Shown one piece after another: positions 17,421 through 26,400 of a DNA stretch of 64,000 bases (position 1 is the stretch's first letter; each line of letters starts with the position of its first letter). Origin of the DNA: a virus; the IMG/VR virus record IMGVR_UViG_3300042309_001504, positions 1 to 64,000 of that record; one strand, written 5' to 3'. The position numbers and the translations under genes were made by a program. The notes beneath the pieces are model-generated. The model made no database searches. It was not told the origin of the DNA and saw nothing but the letters and a program-made list of their open reading frames with translations.

Positions 17421-20400
17421 ATGGCATCAGCATTTAATTTAACAGCACAACTCAATATAGTTGGACCAAATAATCTTAGACCAATTATTAGTAATCTAAG
17501 GCAACAACTTCAAGGATTGAATACTAATGTTAGTATTGGCATAGATCAAAATACATCTCGTAATGTTCGCACAGTTACTGCTGATTTGGTTAGATTAAAT
17601 TCTGTTTTGAGTCAAACAGCCGGTGTTGCGCAACAGGTTAATAATAATCTTAATAATATAGGATCATCTTTTACTAACATTCAAAGAGGATCCAATAATG
17701 CTGCTGGCGGTGTGAATAATGTTAATAATGCATTAACTAATGTTAATAGAAACTTATCACAATCAACCAATTTTATGGAACAATTTGGTCGTCAATCAGC
17801 TTTGGCTGTTAGACGTTTTTCTGCTTTTGCTGGTGCCACCAGCGTTATTTATGGATTGACCAGAGCATTTAGTAGCGCATTTGATGAGTTTATAAAATTT
17901 GACAAAGAATTAATTAAATTAGTACAAGTCACTGGTCAAAATGCTCAATCATTAAAAGGTTTGACTAATGAAATTACTAGATTATCAACATCATTAGGAG
18001 TTAGTTCATCAGAATTAATAAACGTATCATCAACATTAGCACAAGCTGGTTTAACAGCTAGTCAAACAAAAACCGCATTAGAAGCATTGGCTAAAGCTAG
18101 TTTGGCCCCATCATTTGATGATTTAACAAGAACTGTTGAAGGTAGTATTGCTGCTATGAGACAGTTTAATATTGGTGCTAGTCAATTAGAGGGCGCTCTT
18201 GGTAGTATCAATGCTGTTGCTGCCGCATTCGCCGTAGAAGCCGGAGATATTATTGCTGCTATTCAACGTACTGGTGGTGTGTTTGCAGCAGCTAGTAACG
18301 GAGTTAGTCAAGGTACTGATGCTCTTAATGAATTCGTTGCCGTGTTTACTAGTGTACGACAAACTACTCGTGAAAGCGCAGAAACTATTGCTACAGGTTT
18401 AAGAACTATTTTTACAAGATTACAACGTGGTAGCACTATTAATTTTCTAAAAGAAATCGGTATTAATCTTACAGACCTAGAAGGTAAGTTCGTTGGTCCA
18501 TATAAGGCTGTGGAATTATTAAATCAGGGACTAAGAAATCTTGATCCAAGAGATTTGCGATATAGTCAGATTATTGAAGAATTGGGCGGCTTTAGACAGA
18601 TTGGTAAGGTTATTCCTTTAATTCAACAATTTAGTGTTGCACAACAAGCATTGAAAGTTGCTCAAACAGGATCTGCTAGTTTAGCAAAAAATGCTGCTGA
18701 AGCACAATTGAGTTTAGCGAATCAATTTACTAAAGTTCGTGAAGAATTTTTAGCATTTGTTAGATCATTAGGAGAATCAAGAACATTTAGAACACTAACA
18801 AGTTTAGCACTAGGACTAGCAAGTTCATTAATTAGTGTTGCTAATGCTTTTAAACCAATACTACCATATCTAGCAATATTAGGAACGATTAGAGGCACTC
18901 AGGCTGCACTATCATTTGGACGCGGATTTATAGGAGGTTTTGGTGGTGGTGGCGGAGGAGGTGGTCCAACAACTGGTGGAGGTGGTACAACTCCTAATAC
19001 TCCATCTGGTCGCGGCGGTGGTGGACAAACACAAAATCCCAATCAACAAAACGTTTTGAATAATGCTACTGTGGTTGCTAATACAACGGCTATTACTAAT
19101 AATATCACATCATTAAATAATAATACAACAACACTTAATTCTTTAATAAATGCTGTTAATAGTTTATCTAGAGGATTAAATAGTGCAATAAATATTTTTG
19201 CAAGATTATCAACTCAAAGAGGAGCATTTGGTGCTGGTGGTAGAGTTTTAGGTTTTAGTAGCGGTGGAAGTGTTCCTGGAAGTGGAAACGGAGATAGTGT
19301 ACCGGCCATGTTGGAGCCGGGTGAGTTTGTTATGAATAAACAGGCTACTAAAAAATTAGGATCTAAAAATCTTAATAAATTAAATAAATATGCTTTTGGA
19401 GGAAAAATTAAAAACCTAACCACTATTAAACCTGATTTAAAAAAATTCTACGATACAGATAATGATAAAGATATTTATTCTCAGATCAATATTAATAGAC
19501 CAGTAGACAAACCATCATTTAGAAAAACAAGATTACAATATAGAGATAAAGCCGAAGATATATGGAATAAAGCATCTAGTATATTTATAGAAACCAAAGA
19601 TCTTGAGATGGCTAATAGTTATATTAGACAAAAAACTAAAATAGATCCCGGTTATTATGATGCAAAAGAATTGAGTCCAAATAATCAAGCGCCGGCAAGA
19701 TTTAATAGAATCCAAGGAGCTTTGGCTGAACGCACGGTTACAGGACAAACTCGTGGTTTAATTAAATTACCCAATATTGCTGGTGCTGATTTTGTTTACG
19801 GCAATAGTAATGGTACTAGATTTGTAGAAGTAAAAAATAAATTAGAAAAAACAGATGATAGTGATTTGATATCGAAAGCATTATTAGGATATGCTTTTAC
19901 TAATAGTAATTCGCCACAATTCTTTAAAAATAATAAACTAGATAATATTTCTAATTTAAATATTGAATTAAGATCAACAAATCCTTTAGATATTGCACAA
20001 TTTGCTGGTGGAGGAGAAGTATTAAAGTCTAAATTATCAACTATAAGAACTCTTTTAGGCGAATTTTATGGAAATGATCAAGAACTAATATCAAAATCAA
20101 TTTCTAATTCTATGATAATCGATGAGGCTCGTGCTGATAAAATTATTGCTAATTTAGAATCATCTAGATCACAGTTGCCATTGTTTAAAAAACTATTTTC
20201 AGAAAAATCATCTTCTGTTGGTGTTTTAAATGGATTTCCGATTGCTAGATATGATGCTATTGGCGGTGTTCAGAGTATGAGATTTGATGAATTAAAAGAT
20301 GAACAAACTATTAGAGAATTTGCAAAAAGAGGAAAATTAGCGATACAAGCTTCTCGTGGACCTGTTGGTAAACGTATAACTTATAGCGACCAAAAATCAG

Positions 20401-23400
20401 CAAGAAGAAGATTTGTAAATGGTGGAATAGTACAAGATATAGCATCCAATGAGGGATTATCGTTATCAGATGTTATCCTAGAAAAAATTCAATCTCTTGG
20501 AGGCATATCCGGAGTTAAAAAAATAATGGGATTAGGTGCTGGAGACAGAGGTTTAAGTTCTCTTTTGCAAGCCGGTAATATTAAGGCTGGAAAAAATTTA
20601 GAAAAAGCTGCTGATATTGTTAATAAAGCCCTAGAAACCAAACAGAATGATATAGCAAGTTTAACAAAAGTGGCTGTTGCTGGTTTAACCCCAATAGATT
20701 ATAATAAAGATTTTAAATGGGATATTGGTAATAGTCGTACTGTTTTTGCTAGCGCTAGAGGCTTTCCTAATAGATATATGGCTGATGTGTCCAAAATGCA
20801 AGAAGAGTCTTCTCAAGCCGCTAGTAAGTTTGCAGAAAATGTTCAGTATACTAGTATTTTTGGCAACAAACAACCGTTAGTATTTGACTTTGATGAAACA
20901 TTAGTGTCTGGTGCTGATATACTTGATGCTAGTGGGAAACCAGATATTCCACAATATTCAAATAGAGATGCTGTCAAACAAGCATTAGGAAAAGGAAGGT
21001 TAACAAGATTAGGAGCAAAACTTAAAACTCTAATAGATGCTGATCCTAATTTTATTAAACAAACAAGAATATTAACAGCTAGACCTCAAAGTACCGCCGA
21101 TTTATTATCTTCTACTTTAAAAAGTTTTGGTTTGCCATATGATACTTCTCTTATTACCGGGGTAAGTAAAGGATTAGGTACAGATATTCCAGGAGCAAAA
21201 GCAGCCAATTTAGCAGCTACAGAAAAATTAATAGACGATTCATTAGCAAATGTTAGTGCTGCTAAAAAGTTGGGTAAATCTGCGTTTTTATATAGTGAAC
21301 CAAAGGCTGGTGGTGCCGCATTTGATGAATTAATGGGACAGGGAAATATTGAGGGTGCTATTGTTGAAAAAGCCCTCGGTATGTTATTGGGATACCAATT
21401 AGATGTTGATAAATTAGAAAGAAATAGGGCCGTTGATTTTCCAGATGGATTAGGAGCGGCTGCACAATTTTTTGATATTGATCCTAATATTCCAACAGAG
21501 GTTAAACGCACATTAAATAATGATAGTTTTAATAAAGCAAGAGAAGAATTTGGACGATTCTTTACAGAAAATCCAACAAGGTTTGCTGATGGTGGAGTTG
21601 TTCCGGCACTATTAACTCCCGGAGAGGCTGTTATTGGTCCAGAATTAGCACAAAAGATTGGATATGGCAAATTACGACGAATGAATCGTGCGGATAAATA
21701 TGCTAGTGGTGGACAAATTAGTATAGTACCCGGACAAGGAAATAGTGATACCTACGGTCCTGTTCCATTACCTGTTGGTAGTTTTGTTATTAGAAAAAAG
21801 GCCACTCAGGCTTTAGGATTTAATAATGGCGGAAATGTTACCACAAGCAATGCTCAACAATCATATTATGCTTCACAACAATCTGCTAGAGTAACCAGCA
21901 TATTCTCAAGTATTAGTCCAAAGTTAGCAGATACATTACAAAGATTTAATGAGAATCTTGGTGGAACTGTTGCTAGTTTAGGATTAGCAGCCACCACTCT
22001 TAGTAGTCAATTACCAAAATTATATGCTAGTATAGATAGATATGCTGGCACATCATTACTCAGAAGTGCCGAAGCTGCTGGAATAACAGGTGCTTTACAA
22101 CAGGGTGGCGCTAATCTTTTTGCTTCTAAAAATATTGCCGAGCAGGCTGGTTTTGGTAGAACAGGCACAGCGGTTACAGTTTTAGCAAGTACTATTGGTG
22201 GTGCGGTTAGTGGATATTTAAGAAGCAGAGAAGAAAAACAGGCAGAAAATATAAGTAATGCTATTAAAGAAAGTGATAAAAGATTAGAAAATATCTTTAA
22301 TCGCTTAGAATCAGCAATATCATTATCAGCAGAAGAACGTAAAGGATTAAATCAACAATTATTAACAGAACTTGCTGGTCAATATAGTGCATTAGCAACT
22401 CCGTTAGAAAATGTAACAGAAACCTTTTCATCAAAAATATCAAGAGCAGCAGAATCATTGAGTGGGGCAGTATTAACATTTGCTTCTTTAAGAACAGCAA
22501 CTAGACGATCAGATGGCGGTATAGTTTATGCTAGTAAAGGAACACTAGTTAATTATGAACCCAAAGGAACTGATACTATACCCGCTATGCTTAGTAAAGG
22601 AGAATTTGTTGTAAATGCTAGATCTACTCGTAAAAATCTTGGACTTTTAAATGCTATTAATAAAAATAAAGGTGGTATTATTAGTCCAAATTATTTAGCA
22701 ATTGGTGGAGGATTGCGTACTCTTGCCGATTTTACGCCATTTGTTGGCAGCATATTGGATATTCTTGAAGGAGGAGGAGATATATTAGGAGGTAAAAGAG
22801 GGAGTGGATTTGGTAAAATTGGTATGGGTATTGGTGGACTAGGACTAGATATTTTTAGTGGAGGATTAGGCAGTCTTGGTAAGGGTGTTGCTAAAACAGC
22901 TATCAAAACAGGTTTACCAACAGCTATTGGTAATTTAGGAAGATCAGCGATTACTAGAGTTGCTGGTGGTAGAGGAGCAGCAGGTGCGGGAGCAGGTGGT
23001 GGTATGTTAGGAAGATTAGGGTCTTTTGCCGGATCTGTTGCTAATATGACCACGGGAAGTTTAGCTTTAGCCGGTGGTCAGGGATTGTATAGTTATTTGT
23101 CTGGTGGTGGACCAACAGCATCACAAAATACCAGACTGGCCGGATTAGGAGAAATGTTTAAAACATCATTACCAAGAGCAGCAGAAGCACAACTATCTGG
23201 TATGACCACACAACAATTATTAGATCAAAGAAGACAAACACAATCTTTTAAAGAAGGCTCAAAAGAACAAATAGATTTCTTGAGTGGACAAGATAGTATA
23301 GTAGTAAAAACAAGACAACTTGCTGAATTAAATACTGATAGAGCAAAAGCATTAGGATTAGAATCTTCCAAACTAGAAGAATATATAGCAACAGCAAAAA

Positions 23401-26400
23401 CAGCAAAGGGAGTTGATCCTACTAAACTTAGTGAAGACCAAAAGAAAGCATTAGAAGCTGAAAAATTAATTTCAGAAGCTAGAACCAATTTATATGTTGA
23501 GGCTTTTGAGGCCAATAGTGCATTAGCTAGAGAAGAAAAAGATGTTTTAATAAAACAAGCATTAGAAGCACAGAAAAAAACCGAACAAGGTATAGCATTA
23601 TCCAAAGAAGAACAAGCTGCTCTAGACAATGTTATTGGCAAGGGTAAAGAATATGTTGCTAATGTAACTAGAGAAATTAATGAAAAAGATCTTCTAAAAC
23701 GCACAATATCTGCTGTTACAGCATCAACACGCAATTTTACTGATGTTATTAATAATTTATCATCATCGCTAGATAGGGCGTCGTCATCTTTTGAAACATC
23801 ATTGGACAGAATAGATATTGCTGTTGGATCACGGTTAACTGGTCGTGCAGAATTTGGTAAAGTAGACAGAACAAATGAAAACGTTTTCAATAATCTAAGA
23901 GCTTATACTCAAAGAGAAATAGCTGCTGCTAGTGCTGGTATATCTAATATGTTTGGATTTAATAGAATGCAAACTGGAACTAGAACAAATGAAAGAGGAC
24001 AAGTTATACCAACAACACTAGCCGATACTTTAACAGAATCAACCTTAGCCCTTAGAACATTAGAGGTTGAATTACCAAGAATTTTAAGAAGTAGTGCTAA
24101 TGTGGCAGATAATAATCAAAATATACAACCACAAATAAAAGAAGCATTAAGAGCTGGTGGATTGAATGAAACTACCGCGAGAGAAATAGCAACCCAAATT
24201 ACTAATAAATTAAACGAACCCAATAGACAAGGTAATGCTATTTCATTTAGTGATATTGCTAATGATATTCCAGGATTTTTACAAACTATAGATAGTCTTA
24301 AAAAGCCTGTGGAATTTCAAGCCAAAATAACCAAAATAGTTAATGATAATTTAGAAAAATTTAATCAAAAATTACAAAGTGCCTCTGATGCTTTGGTAAG
24401 AGCAGCAGAAATAAGATCAGAATTTGAAAGAACAGGAAATGATTTTGCCACAAGATTATCTCAATCATTAGGATTCAGTACATCTTTGGATCAACAAAAT
24501 GCCGCATTTAATGCTGAAATTAGATCACTATCTACTGTGATCGATGAAAATGGACGAATAATGCAGCAAGGAACAACTGATCCATCTGTGTTAGCACAAA
24601 GAATAGAGCAGGGTAACGCTAATATTGCTGCTGAACAAGAAAGATTCATCAGAACAAATTTTGCAGGAAACGATGCTGAAGTTGCTAGATCCCAATATGC
24701 TATTATGAAACAAACACAAGCGGTTAATCAAAGTCAAAAAGCATTAGAAAAATTAGCAAATGATAGTTCAAGAGCCAGTAATGCTTTGAACAAAATAGAA
24801 GAAAGAAGAGGCACTCTGGAAAGTAGAAGATCAGGAATATTAGATGTTATTGGTAATATGAATAATCCTGATTACCTAATGCAATTAATACAAAGGGCTG
24901 GGGCCGTTAGTAGATTTGAACAAGGTAATGCTTCTATGGAGGATATCAGTCTTATTGCTCAAAATATAGATCAAATATTGACACTAAGAGGAGGCAAAGA
25001 AGGTCAGGACTTTTTAAGAAAATTCGGTCTCTTTATAGAAAGAAATTTTGCAAAAGAAAAACCAGAACTAAGACTAGGTGAGTTTATTAGTACAGCATTT
25101 AAACCAGAAACCGATCCTATTGTGCAACAAATGGCAGCAGCTGCTACTGAATATACAAGAATACAACAAGAGGCTCAACAAAAATTAATTAAACAACAAG
25201 AAGATGCAGCAAAAAAGATAACTGATACATTACCAACAGCAGCAGAAATCTTTAGGACCACTGTTGTTGGAGCAGCCAGAGAGGCTGCTGCTGAATTTAT
25301 GAGGATGGGAAATGCTAATAATGGTCAGCAACAGCAACAAGCACAAGTACAAGCTAATATGGCGAATATTGGAATTAATGGAAATGCTAATATTAATGTT
25401 TTGCCACAACAGCCACAAAAACAGGAAATTCCACAAATTCCACAGATACAACCAGTTAGACCAGTTAAAAAAGCCAAAGGAGGAATGATATATGCTAGTA
25501 ATGGACAATTTATAAACTTTCAACCAAGAGGAACTGATACTGTTCCTGCTATGTTGACTCCGGGCGAATTTGTTGTTAATGCCAAATCAACATCAAAACA
25601 CTTGCCATTGCTAAAAGCTATTAATAATGGAGTTAAAGGATATAGTAGTGGAGGAGTAGTTTATTTAGCAGACGGAGGCAAACCAGACGAACAAAATAAT
25701 GCTGGACGATTCGTAGTTCAAAATGGTATGCCAGTTGATATTAATAATCCTATGAGTATGAATCAACCACTAACTAGAAAGCAAATATTAGAACAAAGAA
25801 GCAAACAATACCAAGATATGCAAAGAGCCAGAAAAGAAGCATACGCAGCTATTGAAGACGATAGAAGGATTAGGAGATATGACATAGATTTAGACAATAG
25901 AAGATTCGAGCGAAGACAAGCAAGAGATTCGGAAATAGTCGATTTGATTGCTAATGGAGATTTAGTTGAAACAGCAAGATCATTAGGTGATAAATTGGGC
26001 TTCGCATATCAATATCGTCGAGCTGATGGTTCTTATTCTCCTGATATGCAAGAAAGTGCAGCCTTAACCGCTGCTAGAAAAATTAAAAGAGAAAGAGAAA
26101 AAGAACAAGAATTATCTCGTAGATATAAACCAGTAACATTAATGGAAGAAGTAATAGCTGAAATAAGTGGAAAACCACCTGAACCTCAACCTCTCACATC
26201 AAATGAAAAATCACAATTTGAATTATTAGATAGAGGACGCAAAATAGCAGCTCAGGCTGGTTGGGATATTAATGAACACAACAAGCTCGTTAGTGAGCAA
26301 ACATGGGGTCATAGGAATCCACTATCTGACTCTGATAGAGCAGCATTTGATGCGTATAAAGATTATGAAATTAAAAAACAAGCTGCTAAAACAGAAGAAG

